A stretch of 64,000 nt of DNA from Candidatus Melainabacteria bacterium 17Bon1m (GCA_032128875.1 JAVLKG010000002.1:192001-256000); one strand, 5' to 3'; counted from the first letter of the stretch, positions 18,034 to 28,827 are shown. A program made the numbers and translations. Notes: generated from the letters alone by a model not told the origin.

Positions 18034-21000
18034 CTACTTGCCTCTGTGATGACGTCGTCCGAGCATTCTGCGTCGCTTGGACAATGCGGACTCAGCATCT
18101 GCATTTGCGGCTGCCTTGTCATCACCGGCGGTATCGTCTTCTTGTTCTTTCTTGGCGTTGGCAGTGCCATTGTCGCTAGTCTCTGCCGTGGCTGAACCCT
18201 GAACTTCATCATCAGTAGAAGTGGCTGGAGCAACGGCTTCGTCGCTAGTGCTTGTTGTGCCGTCGGCATCAGCTTTCTTGATTTCGGCGTCATCAGCTGC
18301 TGCGTCTTCGCTAGCATCTTTGCTTGTAGCCGCTTTCCGCTCTGCTTCATCGTCCAATGCTACATTGTCAGCGACTGCATCTTGCGCAGCTTCATCTTCC
18401 GCAGACTCATCTTCCGAAGACTCATCTCCTGCAGATTCATCTTTTGCGTCTTCATCTGGCGCGGCATCATCGCGGGCGGCTTCATCCCGTGCAGCTTCAT
18501 CTTGGGCCGTTTTATCTTGCGCAGCTTCGTCTTCCGATGTCTCCTCTGCCGCTAAGTCTTCTTGTGCTGCACCTTCATGCTCTGCACTTTGCTCATCGGT
18601 GATCTCCACTTCAGGCAATTCAGGTTCGCTCACCTCGTCGGCAAGCTCTACGTAAGCATTTGTTTCCAGTGAAGTGATGCTCACGGAGCGTTGTTCATCA
18701 GCCTCTTCGCTGTCGACTACTTCAGCTTCGACTTGAACCGCATCATCATCGGATTGCATCGAAACTTCTTCTTCGTCGTCTTCTTCTTCAAATACAGGAA
18801 TAGCGGCGTCTGGAATTCCTTCTATTGCTTCTGCCGATTCTAGTGATTCGAGCGCGTCGGCGTCGTCGATGATATCTGCTTCTGCTGTGTCAGTTACTTC
18901 GACGGCTTCTACGGCTAGGTCTTCATCGACAAATGATTTCACGTTGCCTGCAAGAGCGTCTTCATCAATGATGGGCGGTTCCACCGTCGGCACTTGCCTT
19001 GCCATGTCGGGTGCTTCCATGTTTTCGGCGGCAGCTTCTTCAGCATCATCCAGTCCGATAACAATACTCGGATTGCTGCTGCCTTTTAAGGGGGTGTGGA
19101 ATGATTCTTCTTCTTCAGGCGATTCCAAACTATCGGTGGATTCAACAAACGAGTCTATTGAATCAGTAGATGCAGTAGCTGGGTCCGCGTGCGCCGGGAA
19201 TTGGTTAACTCCTGGAATTGACGGTCGCACCATGTCTAGTGTCTCAGACCTAGAACTTTCCAGAGCCTCTTGCGGTGGAACTTCCACTATGGCTTCTTCA
19301 CCAGTGATGGTTGTGCGTCCTGATTGCGAATCTAGCTGCAATTCAAACGGATTTTTCAAACGCTGCCAACCACCCGACATGCGCTTTTCCTTCGCGAGTC
19401 GCTCTTCTTCCTCGGTCGAGTTCGCTTGGTTATTTGCTTGTCCGGAGCGTTTTTGCTTGGACGGAATTATAAATTCATCGTCTTCCACATCCCAGAGCGG
19501 GCGGCCTGTTTCATCGTTGAGCTCTTCTCTGTATTCTTCACCAAGGAAGGATTTTAGCTCATCGTCGGGCTTGTTCTGTGGCTCGATCGCTTCAAGATCG
19601 AGGTGTCTGCTGATGTCGACTACTTCTGATTCTTGGCTTGCTGTTGTCGGTGGCATTCCTTCCTGATTTTCATGATCAGGCGCGTTCCACTCTAAATTGT
19701 CTTTCCAGCTCGGCACCGCATTCGATATTACAAGCTGGCGATCGCCGGACTCTGAATCTTCCTGTTTTACCTCACCAGATTGCTCGTTTTCATCCAGCTG
19801 AAAAGTATTATGCAGGGGCGGTCTGAAAGCTGGAATTCTGTCGCGTGTGGTTGATTGAGCCTTTTTGGAGTTGATGTCGTCGCCACTTGCTTGCCCGACA
19901 TCGATTTTTGGCTGCTGATCTCCTGATGCACTATCCAACTCGTGCAATGCGCGGTCGGTGAATGCAAACGCCGGAATGCGTTCGTGTGTGGAATCGGTTG
20001 TTTTGTCGCGACCTGAACCGTGCAAATCTAGCTCTGCATCAGCATCTACAGCTGGTGGTAATGATGCGTCAACTATGGCAGCGCCCGAATCGATGAGCGT
20101 GATGTTTCCTTCGTCGTCCTCTTCTTCATCTTCGTTTTCATCTTCATCATCGTCGCTTACGCGTTCTTCTGCATCAACGAAGCCTGGGAATTCAGCACCG
20201 CTCGATGCATCCATAAAACCGAGCTGGTCACTGGATGCGGTATCAGGTTCACCAGGAGAGATGGTCGCATTAAACGCTGGATCTATGTCATCAGCGCCGA
20301 ACAATTCTGGACCACTAGATAAATAACTCTCGGCCTGCGAGCCGGTCAATTCAATTTTCTTACTTAACTCACCAGTGTCGCGCTGGTTATCGGTCTTCTT
20401 GCTATCTGGCTTGAGCAATTCCTCTTTATACGCGGCACCTTCATAAGTGTCGGAAGCCACGTCTTGATTTGCGCTGCGATTGAGACTGGGATCGAATGCT
20501 TGAGCAACTTCGTGCAGCTCAATGTTTCGCTTTTTCCTGGGCTCTTTTTGCTCTTTTCCTGTAGGAGTTGTTTGCAGCGGCGGTGCCTCCGGCGGTGCCT
20601 CCGGCGGTGCAGCAGGCAAATTGGGTGCAGCAGGTGGTGGTGCCGGTTGAGAAGGTGGTGCACTCGCTGCGGCTGGCGCTTGAACAACAGGGTTTGAAGC
20701 AGAAGACGAAGCACCTTTCAGCAAGCCGCCCATTGTAGAAGGCGGTGCTGTAACGTCGCCGTCTTTCGAGCCGGAAAGAAGTTTGCCCAAAATGCCTGCG
20801 GCCTTCTCGCCATTGCCACTGGCGCGGGCTGATACCACATCTGGTGAGCCAGGCGGCAACATTTGAGCAAGCAAATTGGAATGACTTGTGATTTGTTCGT
20901 CAATTTTCGGCTGCAGCGGAGGCTGCGTGTAAACCGGCGTAGTTACCGGGCGATTCAATTCGGCTTCGGCCTCAGCTTCCACTTCTTCGAGGTGATCGAG

Positions 21001-21777
21001 ATCCGACTGAGTGACGTATCCGCGCTCGACGACAGTTTCTGCAACAGGAACGCCGCTTGACTCCAGCTCTTCCATTGCAGCTTGATATTGAACAACGGTA
21101 ATAAGTCCCTTGCGCAAAAGTTTTTGAGCAAAGAGTACTGCTTCGAGCTGATACTCTTCAATAAATCCTTGTTTGACGAGGAAGCTGCCGAATTGCATTT
21201 CCGGCATCGCCTTGTGCATGTCGCACGCGATTTCCAGCTCAGAGCCTTCTAGCAAGCCGGCGACATTGAGAAGCTCGCCAATCTTGAGATGCAATCTCTG
21301 CCCAAGCTCGCCCGGCTTCTTCTCTTCCGGCGTTTGCACCATAGATTCGCCGCGAAGACCCATGGTCCTCAAATCGTAATCGGTCCTGGTGACTGGATCT
21401 GAGAGGATGTCGTAGGCAATGCAGATAAACTTCAAATCGTAGAGAAGCTTGTTGCGGCGGTCAATGTCCGTCGTATTCAGCAACTCACGATGGATACCCC
21501 GAGTAAGTTTGTAATAGCGCGTGCGGACGCCTTCCATTGGCGACATCTGGGAGACGCCTAATAGAGTGTAAATGTCAGCAAGAGGTGACTCTTTGTCTGT
21601 CATTCGGTTTGTATCTGCACCCTCACTTGTTTTCCTCGGGCTTCCTGTCGACCCGCTCCTGAAAGCCAGCGGACCCTTTGGACCGGTTGTAATCTCGCCG
21701 GTTGTTTCTCCGGGCGAGAGGTCAATCCGTATAGGGCCGACAAACTCATTATGCCTTTCAGAAGTTGTATTAAACAC
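18034..21777 (-). CDS. Large protein: J-like domain, MshEN-like repeats, long acidic disordered C-terminal region
   Basis: DIYTLLGV...AYDILSDPVTRTDYD; KIGELLNVAGLL and FGSFLVKQGFIEEYQLEAVLFAQ; long D/E-rich tail. Confidence 0.8.
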   Translation of the reverse strand: MFNTTSERHNEFVGPIRIDLSPGETTGEITTGPKGPLAFRSGSTGSPRKTSEGADTNRMTDKESPLADIYTLLGVSQMSPMEGVRTRYYKLTRGIHRELLNTTDIDRRNKLLYDLKFICIAYDILSDPVTRTDYDLRTMGLRGESMVQTPEEKKPGELGQRLHLKIGELLNVAGLLEGSELEIACDMHKAMPEMQFGSFLVKQGFIEEYQLEAVLFAQKLLRKGLITVVQYQAAMEELESSGVPVAETVVERGYVTQSDLDHLEEVEAEAEAELNRPVTTPVYTQPPLQPKIDEQITSHSNLLAQMLPPGSPDVVSARASGNGEKAAGILGKLLSGSKDGDVTAPPSTMGGLLKGASSSASNPVVQAPAAASAPPSQPAPPPAAPNLPAAPPEAPPEAPPLQTTPTGKEQKEPRKKRNIELHEVAQAFDPSLNRSANQDVASDTYEGAAYKEELLKPDSKKTDNQRDTGELSKKIELTGSQAESYLSSGPELFGADDIDPAFNATISPGEPDTASSDQLGFMDASSGAEFPGFVDAEERVSDDDEDENEDEEEDDEGNITLIDSGAAIVDASLPPAVDADAELDLHGSGRDKTTDSTHERIPAFAFTDRALHELDSASGDQQPKIDVGQASGDDINSKKAQSTTRDRIPAFRPPLHNTFQLDENEQSGEVKQEDSESGDRQLVISNAVPSWKDNLEWNAPDHENQEGMPPTTASQESEVVDISRHLDLEAIEPQNKPDDELKSFLGEEYREELNDETGRPLWDVEDDEFIIPSKQKRSGQANNQANSTEEEERLAKEKRMSGGWQRLKNPFELQLDSQSGRTTITGEEAIVEVPPQEALESSRSETLDMVRPSIPGVNQFPAHADPATASTDSIDSFVESTDSLESPEEEESFHTPLKGSSNPSIVIGLDDAEEAAAENMEAPDMARQVPTVEPPIIDEDALAGNVKSFVDEDLAVEAVEVTDTAEADIIDDADALESLESAEAIEGIPDAAIPVFEEEDDEEEVSMQSDDDAVQVEAEVVDSEEADEQRSVSITSLETNAYVELADEVSEPELPEVEITDEQSAEHEGAAQEDLAAEETSEDEAAQDKTAQDEAARDEAARDDAAPDEDAKDESAGDESSEDESAEDEAAQDAVADNVALDDEAERKAATSKDASEDAAADDAEIKKADADGTTSTSDEAVAPATSTDDEVQGSATAETSDNGTANAKKEQEDDTAGDDKAAANADAESALSKRRRMLGRRHHRGK

Positions 21778-21881
21778 TTAATGTATATTCTTATGCTTAT
21801 AAGGGTGCCTTGGCATCTCTGCCGCCTCCCCTCGACTTGGCTGCAAGCGATTTTATGAGGGTTTGCGAATACAATTAACAG

Positions 21882-22646
21882 TTGAAAGTTATCAGTCCTT
21901 GGGAAGCCGCCGTGATTAAAGAAAGTCTGCAAGAAGCCCTGGAGCTAAACAGGGACGTCCTCTCGGCCTTAGACGCCGATAAATTCGAGAAATTGCGACT
22001 GTTTCTCAACTCTCTGATTGCCTACAACGAACACACCAACCTGGTCGCAAAGGCTGATGCGACCGTCCTTATCGAGCGTCATGTGCTCGATTCTTTGACC
22101 CTTTTGCCGATTATAAGGCGTTTTATGCCAGAGCAAAGTTTGACCACCTTGGTCGACGTTGGTGCAGGCGGCGGTTTTCCTGGCGTTATCCTGGCGCTAT
22201 CGCTGCCCGAATTGAAAGTCTCTCTCGTTGAAGCAACCGCTAAGAAGTGCCGATTCCTTGAACAGGCAAGCGATTTGCTCAAGCTTGAGCATCCCATAAG
22301 CGTTATCAACGGGCGGGCTGAGGAATTGGGTACTCTGTGCGACTACAGAGGCACTTACGATTTGGCTACAGCGCGCGCTGTTGGCTCGACTGCGTTGGTT
22401 TCTGAGCTGCTGATTCCGCTCGTTAAGGTCGGCGGTCATGCTCTTCTGCAGAAGACCAAGAGCCAGCTCGACCAGGAGATGGGCGAGGCTGAGAAACGGC
22501 TGAAACAGATGGGTGCGAGCGTCGAAGAGATGGTGAATATCGAGCCTGAAAAGGACGAAACCGAGCGAGTAGTCTTGGTCTTGAAAAAACACAGTGAAAC
22601 GCCGGACGGCTATCCGCGCCCGTGGTCACGAATTAAACGAGACTGA
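21882..22646 (+). CDS. rsmG: 16S rRNA (guanine-N7) methyltransferase RsmG/GidB
   Basis: NEHTNL, RHVLDSL, DVGAGGGFPG, EATAKK, GRAEE, ARAV, TPDGYPR; start may be GTG at 21912. Confidence 0.95.
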   Translation: MKVISPWEAAVIKESLQEALELNRDVLSALDADKFEKLRLFLNSLIAYNEHTNLVAKADATVLIERHVLDSLTLLPIIRRFMPEQSLTTLVDVGAGGGFPGVILALSLPELKVSLVEATAKKCRFLEQASDLLKLEHPISVINGRAEELGTLCDYRGTYDLATARAVGSTALVSELLIPLVKVGGHALLQKTKSQLDQEMGEAEKRLKQMGASVEEMVNIEPEKDETERVVLVLKKHSETPDGYPRPWSRIKRD

Positions 22647-22648
22647 AA

Positions 22649-23608
22649 CTAGCCGGCAGGCGTAGCCCAGTTGGTCGGCTCCGTCCCGCCTGGGGCGGTC
22701 CATTCATCAGGCTGCACTTCCTCGTCTCCGGTCAGCGGAACCATCCATCCTTCTGCCGATGCCTGCATGCGCGCCTTTTCATTGTCGTTGTCGATAGATA
22801 GCTCCAAGAGTCTGCGTCGGCTGCCGAACATATACTGTGCGCGGCTAATCAACGCAGTTACATCTAAGCAATCGTGAGCAAAAATGATGTTGTCCAGGTG
22901 CCTGTACCAATCATCGCCCGGGGGCACGATAATGTCTGCGATTAAATCGCCCACCTCCAGATTAACGGGTTGGCGGTTTGCGCGTGGCGGGAAATTAAGC
23001 GTATACAGCTTCGTATCGAAGCCGAGGCACTCGACCCGCCCCAGGTGCGGGGAAGTCTTCTCATCGAGGGTAAAACCTGCTTCCTCATATGCACGCAGTT
23101 CTTCATGCCAGAACTCGCGGAGCACTTCTTGCAAGGTGAGCATATGCGGCTCGAGGCGCCACATCTCGGTCGTCGGCATGTACGAAAGCGATGGGACGAA
23201 CTCCCAACTTTCTTCGCCGTATATAACATCGAATTGGTGCGTATATGCCCAGGATGTCATCAATACGCTCAACCAGATAGCGTTGTCGCGATAAACCTTG
23301 GCGTAGCTCTTCTTAAACCAATCCTGCCAATCTTCAAATGAATCGTACTGGCTGGAGCGCTTGTTCAGCCCGTCGCGCCATTCCTTTTCGTCCGGCGTGG
23401 TGTCTTCGGCGTTGAAGAATTCCGCCCAGTACGCGGTCACAATTGCCTGTTCGAGCAGCAAGGGTTCACTGCGCCCAACCTGCTGCTGCCAGAGCAACTG
23501 CACGGCTTTGAGCGTCTCTTCGCAGCGCGAATATGGGTTGGACTCTCTCAGATCAGGGCGGTGCCTGATCCAATCAATACCTGCTCGAATTAAGAATGCT
23601 GGATGCAT
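22649..23608 (-). CDS. Hypothetical protein
   Basis: 319 aa ORF filling the gap between recognised genes; no family recognised. Confidence 0.7.
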   Translation of the reverse strand: MHPAFLIRAGIDWIRHRPDLRESNPYSRCEETLKAVQLLWQQQVGRSEPLLLEQAIVTAYWAEFFNAEDTTPDEKEWRDGLNKRSSQYDSFEDWQDWFKKSYAKVYRDNAIWLSVLMTSWAYTHQFDVIYGEESWEFVPSLSYMPTTEMWRLEPHMLTLQEVLREFWHEELRAYEEAGFTLDEKTSPHLGRVECLGFDTKLYTLNFPPRANRQPVNLEVGDLIADIIVPPGDDWYRHLDNIIFAHDCLDVTALISRAQYMFGSRRRLLELSIDNDNEKARMQASAEGWMVPLTGDEEVQPDEWTAPGGTEPTNWATPAG

Positions 23609-23672
23609 AGTCAGATAAGACTATATCAACTGTTCGGGCTCTTGGTATCTGCTCAGCCCGGTTACACTGCAC

Positions 23673-24575
23673 TTATGGTTCGTCCGGTTGAGTCTGACAG
23701 CTCGAAATTACCGTAAGATCGGAATGATGCGACCATTCCATGAGTGAACCGTCGTAAACAGGTAAAACTTTTCCGGTCGCGAGTTCATATAACAGCGAGA
23801 ATGTCGCCGCGCGAACACCGACCTCGCAATAAGAAGCCTTAACATTCGAAAGTATGTTTTCGGATTCTAAGAGCTTTAAAAACTCGGTGTTGCCAATAAA
23901 TTTGCCGTCGTTTGCAAAGAAGCGGTCAAACCAAATGTTTACTGAGCGAGGCATGTGGCCCATGCGCGGTTGGTAGTCGTAGAGTCGCCCTTCGAATTCG
24001 AGTGGTGAGCGGGTGTCGACGAGAATCGGGTGTGTGCCGCCGTCTTCTTCCAACATCCTTTTCACATCATTGAGCTCGACTCTTCTGTGAGGTTGAAGTG
24101 AAACCTTAAAACTTTTGCGTTTTGCTTTTCGCTCATGCGCGGAGAGCACTTTGGTGGAAACTTCACCCTTCGCTTGGAGCCAGGCATTGTAGCCGCCATC
24201 AAGGATATAAACCTTCTCAATTCCGAAGTAAAGCAGCATCCATGCGACTCTTCCTTCGCGTCCTTTTGATGCGATGCCACCAGAATAGACAACGACTGTG
24301 CCATCGTTGGTGATACCAAGGTCGCCGAGCGCATTTTCGACTTTCTCAATCGATTCGACGTTCAGATTTCCCCAATAGCCTGGTTCGAACAGCGTAGACT
24401 TGGCTGAGGATGGCGCTTTCGAACACCACTCGAACCACTGATTTGAAATCGCTCCTGGAATATGTCCTTCTGAAAATTCCAACTCTTCACGAGTGTCGAG
24501 TAACGCAGCTGAGGTGTCTTTTTTGAGAAGAGCCTTGAGTTGTGTTGGGTTGATCAGGTGGATTTCTTGTTTCAT
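23673..24575 (-). CDS. Tandem-rhodanese sulfurtransferase (SseA-like)
   Basis: GHIPGA, RVAWML, ILDGGY, DTRSPLEF, YCEVGVRA active loop, YDGSLMEW; the ORF-track 5' extension runs through a REP. Confidence 0.9.
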   Translation of the reverse strand: MKQEIHLINPTQLKALLKKDTSAALLDTREELEFSEGHIPGAISNQWFEWCSKAPSSAKSTLFEPGYWGNLNVESIEKVENALGDLGITNDGTVVVYSGGIASKGREGRVAWMLLYFGIEKVYILDGGYNAWLQAKGEVSTKVLSAHERKAKRKSFKVSLQPHRRVELNDVKRMLEEDGGTHPILVDTRSPLEFEGRLYDYQPRMGHMPRSVNIWFDRFFANDGKFIGNTEFLKLLESENILSNVKASYCEVGVRAATFSLLYELATGKVLPVYDGSLMEWSHHSDLTVISSCQTQPDEP

Positions 24576-24588
24576 GTAATCCCGTTTT

Positions 24589-24641
24589 GTAGGGGAGCCG
24601 CAGGCGGTTCCCTGGCAGGGCGGCATATATGCCGCCCATAC
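24589..24641. repeat. Inverted pair of GTAG-type REP-like palindromes
   Basis: GTAGGGGAGCCGCAGGCGGTTCCCT and GGGCGGCATATATGCCGCCCATAC. Confidence 0.8.
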
Positions 24642-24643
24642 AA

Positions 24644-26377
24644 TTACTTAGCAGATTTTGCAGCAATTTTGCCAGGCAATCTGTCGGTCTTCGAAATCAG
24701 GTTTTGGAACGCTGAGATGTTCTCTGCATACTCTGGACGCTTTTCTAACTCGTCCAGGCTTGCTTCCAATCTTTGGCTCCAATTCACGTCACCGGCTGCA
24801 CCGGGTTCGTTGAATCTTTGCGTTGTTCCGAGCAGGTCGGTGATCATTAGCAAAGCCATCCAACATGGGCTTTCCATCAGGACTTTCAAAAAGGTTTTGT
24901 GCAGCTCTGGCGTGAAAGTGAGCGGAGGATTTTCTTCATCGAGACCAAGGAAGCGCATCAAGCGTTGAACTTCCTTCCAACCTTCGCTGCCATCTGGACC
25001 ATGCCACCATTCGACTAATCTTTCGTAATAGGCTTTCAACGGCTCATGGTCGTGAGTTCCGTAAGTTCCTAAACTCAGTGGCTGCATATCTTCACTTGGC
25101 TCGAATTCACGTGTTTCTTCATCTCGTTCGAAAATCGGAATTGCAAATCCTGCCATTCCCAAACTTCTTAGGAGCGGACGGACATATTTAGGAACGCACC
25201 CGAGATCTTCTGCGACTATCCACGCGCTTCCAGATGCTTCCATGACCATTTCCAGGAAGACTTTTCCTTCTTGCTCGTTCAGTTTTGCCTCTTTGGGTTC
25301 GTCATCCGAGCGCGGGAGAAACTGTGGAAGATTCCCACCGGTTTTCTCTTTCGCTTCTTCTTCAGTTAGCTCAGTAAATTCCCAGTTGCGTTCTGGAATC
25401 CACGGGAATGAGTAGATTCGGAAAAATCCGAGCACATGATCAATGCGGAAATCATGAAAAATTGATGTCGCCATTCCAACGCGCTGACGCCACCACTGGT
25501 AGTTATCGGCTTTGTGCTTCTTCCAGGCGTAAAGCGGAACTCCCCAGTTTTGCCCCCACTTTGCCGTGAAGGGATCTCCCTGGAAATATGCTTCCGGTGG
25601 TGCGCCACCGGACCACTCAAGATCGAAAAGATCACGTTGTGCCCAAACGTCAGCGCTGTATCGACTGACACCAAATGGGATATCACCCATTAAGCGCACA
25701 TTTTTCTCATCAGCATACTTTCGAACTTCGTGCCATTGCTCGAATGCTTGCCACTGGACGAATTCGTAATAGCTGATTAGTCTTTCGAAATCAGCTTTCT
25801 TGGGACTCTTCGCTATAAATGCGATTGCCTTCTTAGGATCTCTAAAGTCTTCTTCCCACTGCGTCCATACGCTGCTGCCGTTATGGTGATCGACTAGAGT
25901 TCTGTATAGCGCATACGGAATCAACCAGCGCTCATTGCTCTTCTTAAACTCTGCAAAGCGTTTAACTTCTGCGGAGTTTTTCTCACCTTTCTTAAACGAG
26001 TCGAATGCGATGCGTAGAAGCGCGTGTTTAAGCGCTTTAACCTCATCGTACTTTACCGGTCCTTCATTCAATCTGCTGCGAACCGCTTCAGTCACGACCG
26101 AACGAAAATCCTCATTCGACAACCAAGGCATCACTTTTGGTGTCACCGTCAGAAGTGTCGGGTCGAGTGCGACAGAACTGATTGCCGAATACGGACTGTG
26201 GTCACCACCGGTCTCGTTAATCGGCAGCGTCTGCAATTCGCCAATCTCGTGGCGAGCGCAGAAGTCGATGGCTTGCTTGACGGCGGTTGTATCACCGACT
26301 CCCAAATCCTCGTTGTGCCGCAACGCGAAAACCGGAATCAAAACACCAGCAAGTTTCTTTTTCGGGTCAATTCTCAT
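24644..26377 (-). CDS. malQ: 4-alpha-glucanotransferase (amylomaltase, GH77)
   Basis: LPINETG, SPYS, GDIPFGV, GAPP, GQNWG, RIDHVLGFFR, AEDLG, THDH. Confidence 0.95.
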   Translation of the reverse strand: MRIDPKKKLAGVLIPVFALRHNEDLGVGDTTAVKQAIDFCARHEIGELQTLPINETGGDHSPYSAISSVALDPTLLTVTPKVMPWLSNEDFRSVVTEAVRSRLNEGPVKYDEVKALKHALLRIAFDSFKKGEKNSAEVKRFAEFKKSNERWLIPYALYRTLVDHHNGSSVWTQWEEDFRDPKKAIAFIAKSPKKADFERLISYYEFVQWQAFEQWHEVRKYADEKNVRLMGDIPFGVSRYSADVWAQRDLFDLEWSGGAPPEAYFQGDPFTAKWGQNWGVPLYAWKKHKADNYQWWRQRVGMATSIFHDFRIDHVLGFFRIYSFPWIPERNWEFTELTEEEAKEKTGGNLPQFLPRSDDEPKEAKLNEQEGKVFLEMVMEASGSAWIVAEDLGCVPKYVRPLLRSLGMAGFAIPIFERDEETREFEPSEDMQPLSLGTYGTHDHEPLKAYYERLVEWWHGPDGSEGWKEVQRLMRFLGLDEENPPLTFTPELHKTFLKVLMESPCWMALLMITDLLGTTQRFNEPGAAGDVNWSQRLEASLDELEKRPEYAENISAFQNLISKTDRLPGKIAAKSAK

Positions 26378-26434
26378 GTCGAATCTCTCATAGCAGACAT
26401 CAAACGTCAGAGTTCCGAGCGTTCGAAAAGGCGA

Positions 26435-27730
26435 TTAGACGCCGATTCTGTCGAACACTACGTCGATGTTTTTCAAGTACTCATTAGGATCGAAGCAGGA
26501 GGCGATTTCCTCTTGTCTCAAGTGTTTGGTTACCGATGGATCTTTGGACAAATATTCTTTGAAGTTGCCGTTGTCGGAGTTCCACGCTTTCATTGCGTTG
26601 GTCTGCACCAATTTGTACGACTCTTCGCGGCTCAGTCCTTTTTCTATGAGTTTGAGCATCACAGCTTGTGAGAAAATCACGCCGCCAAATACATCGAGGT
26701 TGCGCGCCATGTTTTTCTCATACACCACAAGCCCAGCCATAATTTTGGTGAATCTGGCAAGCATGTAATCGAGCAAGATGGTGGAGTCGGGCACAATCAC
26801 TCGTTCTACGGAAGAGTGACTGATGTCGCGCTCGTGCCAGAGTGGAATGTTTTCCAATGCAGCCATCGCATTGCCGCGCAATATTCTTGCCAGCCCGGTG
26901 ATGTTTTCCGAACCGACCGGATTACGTTTATGCGGCATCGCCGACGAACCTTTTTGTCCGTGCGAGAAGGGTTCTTCCACTTCAAGGACATCAGTGCGTT
27001 GCAAATGTCTGATTTCAGTGGCGAACTTTTCGAGCGACGATCCAATTAGTGCCAGCGTAAAGAGAAATTGTGCATGGCGATCGCGCTGAATAATTTGCGT
27101 GGAAATCTTGGCTGGTGTCAGCCCGAGGATTTCGCATGTCAATCTTTCCACTTCAGGCGAAATGTTGGAAAACGTACCTACGGGTCCACTAATCATTCCG
27201 ACCGAAATGTTTTCAATTGCGTCGTCAAGACGCTTCTGATGGCGTCTTACTTCTTCGAGCCACACGCCGAGTTTGAAGCCAAAAGTCATGGGCTCTGCGT
27301 GAATGCCGTGCGAGCGCCCGATTTGAACTGTTCCTTTATGTTTGCGAACCTGACCCAAAATTGCGTCGTGCAAATTGTCGAGTTCTTTTCTCAGCATTAA
27401 ACCTGCGCGGCGCATGTTGATGGCAAGAGCTGTGTCAATGACATCTGAGCTGGTCAAACCGAGGTGGATGAAGCGGGAATTCTCACCGACGTTCTCGTTG
27501 ACGTTGGTCAAGAAGGCGATGACGTCATGTTTGACTTCTTCTTCAATCTCTTTGATTCTTTCAACATCAAATGTAGCTTTGGCTTTGATATCTTTCAGAG
27601 CTTCTTCGGGGATGACTCCCAACTTGACTTGCGCTTCACAGACGGCGATTTCAACTTCGAGCCAAGTCTGAAATCTGGATTGGTCCGTCCAGAGCGCGCC
27701 CATTTCTTTGCGAGTGTAACGGTCGATCAA
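26435..27730 (-). CDS. purB: Adenylosuccinate lyase
   Basis: KHDVIAF, HLGLTSSD, GRSHGIHAEP, GSSAMPHKRNP. Confidence 0.98.
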   Translation of the reverse strand: MIDRYTRKEMGALWTDQSRFQTWLEVEIAVCEAQVKLGVIPEEALKDIKAKATFDVERIKEIEEEVKHDVIAFLTNVNENVGENSRFIHLGLTSSDVIDTALAINMRRAGLMLRKELDNLHDAILGQVRKHKGTVQIGRSHGIHAEPMTFGFKLGVWLEEVRRHQKRLDDAIENISVGMISGPVGTFSNISPEVERLTCEILGLTPAKISTQIIQRDRHAQFLFTLALIGSSLEKFATEIRHLQRTDVLEVEEPFSHGQKGSSAMPHKRNPVGSENITGLARILRGNAMAALENIPLWHERDISHSSVERVIVPDSTILLDYMLARFTKIMAGLVVYEKNMARNLDVFGGVIFSQAVMLKLIEKGLSREESYKLVQTNAMKAWNSDNGNFKEYLSKDPSVTKHLRQEEIASCFDPNEYLKNIDVVFDRIGV

Positions 27731-27918
27731 TGCAAAAACCTCGGCTCTCGCCTTTGCAGGCCTATGTGGGAACGAACGCTATTTTACGACGTCGCCCGCA
27801 TTGCCGCACTGGGCGGTATCTTTCGGTAAAGTTGCATCTTTAGAACCACCAGAGCTAATGAATCCCAACCGCGCTAGAATATCGGCTGTTTAGCCTGGCC
27901 CTCAGGAGATTAAATCGC

Positions 27919-28827
27919 ATGGCTTCTCTTACAAATGGAAGGGTTCTTTTGCCGGTTGATGTAACTCATCCGACCAAAGACCTGGCCGAACGTCTCGAAC
28001 AAATCATGCCTTTGTCGGGCTTGAAGGCACACTTGCTTTCTGTAAGAGAGGAATTGCCGTCTTACGAACGTTTGTTGGCTACAGTCGCCGATTTTCCTGA
28101 GGATGTGCCGCACGCTTTTGAGGCGAAGGCTAAAAAGGTCCTCGATGGCGTGGCCGAAACGTTGTCCAAAAAGGGCGCTGAAGTTTCGCAAGAATTAGTC
28201 TCTGGTCCAACGGTTGCGATGATTGAAAAAGTCGCCAGGGATGAAGACTTCACTTTCACGGCTTTGGCGCCCGGAGCGCATTCGAAGGTAGAACTTTTCT
28301 TTCTGGGCTCGACAACTCTTAGAGTTGCGAAGCACTGCCCAGGAATGGTGCTTGTATTGCGAAACGCACAAGACACGGGCGAACTCGATACGGTTGTCTG
28401 CGGGCTGGACGGCTCTGAGAATGCGAAAGCCGCTATGGTTCAGGCAATCAAAGCATTCAAACTTTCCGAGCGCAATGTCAAACTCGTATTGTGCAGTGTT
28501 GCGTTCGTTCCGACTGCTCTGACTTTCGTTTCGCCTGTTGAGTTTATCGCTGCGATTGAATCAAATGCAAATCTGGCGGCTGAAACCATTCTTGCCGATG
28601 GTGAGAAAACCGCGTGCGATCTTGGAGTTAAGCAAGAAAACATCGAATTGATGGCAAGACATGGTGATCCCTCCAACGAACTTTTGCAAGCCGCAAAAGC
28701 TAGAAAGGCTGGATTACTTGTAATTGGTGCCCAGGGTCATTCTGCAGTTGAACGCTTTTTCCTGGGCAGCGTTGCCCAGCGCGCTGTCATGCACGCACCA
28801 TGCCCGGTGGCAGTAGTACGAAGCTGA
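27919..28827 (+). CDS. Tandem-domain universal stress protein
   Basis: Two USP domains ending FFLGSTT and GAQGHSAVERFFLGSVA...APCPV. Confidence 0.9.
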   Translation: MASLTNGRVLLPVDVTHPTKDLAERLEQIMPLSGLKAHLLSVREELPSYERLLATVADFPEDVPHAFEAKAKKVLDGVAETLSKKGAEVSQELVSGPTVAMIEKVARDEDFTFTALAPGAHSKVELFFLGSTTLRVAKHCPGMVLVLRNAQDTGELDTVVCGLDGSENAKAAMVQAIKAFKLSERNVKLVLCSVAFVPTALTFVSPVEFIAAIESNANLAAETILADGEKTACDLGVKQENIELMARHGDPSNELLQAAKARKAGLLVIGAQGHSAVERFFLGSVAQRAVMHAPCPVAVVRS

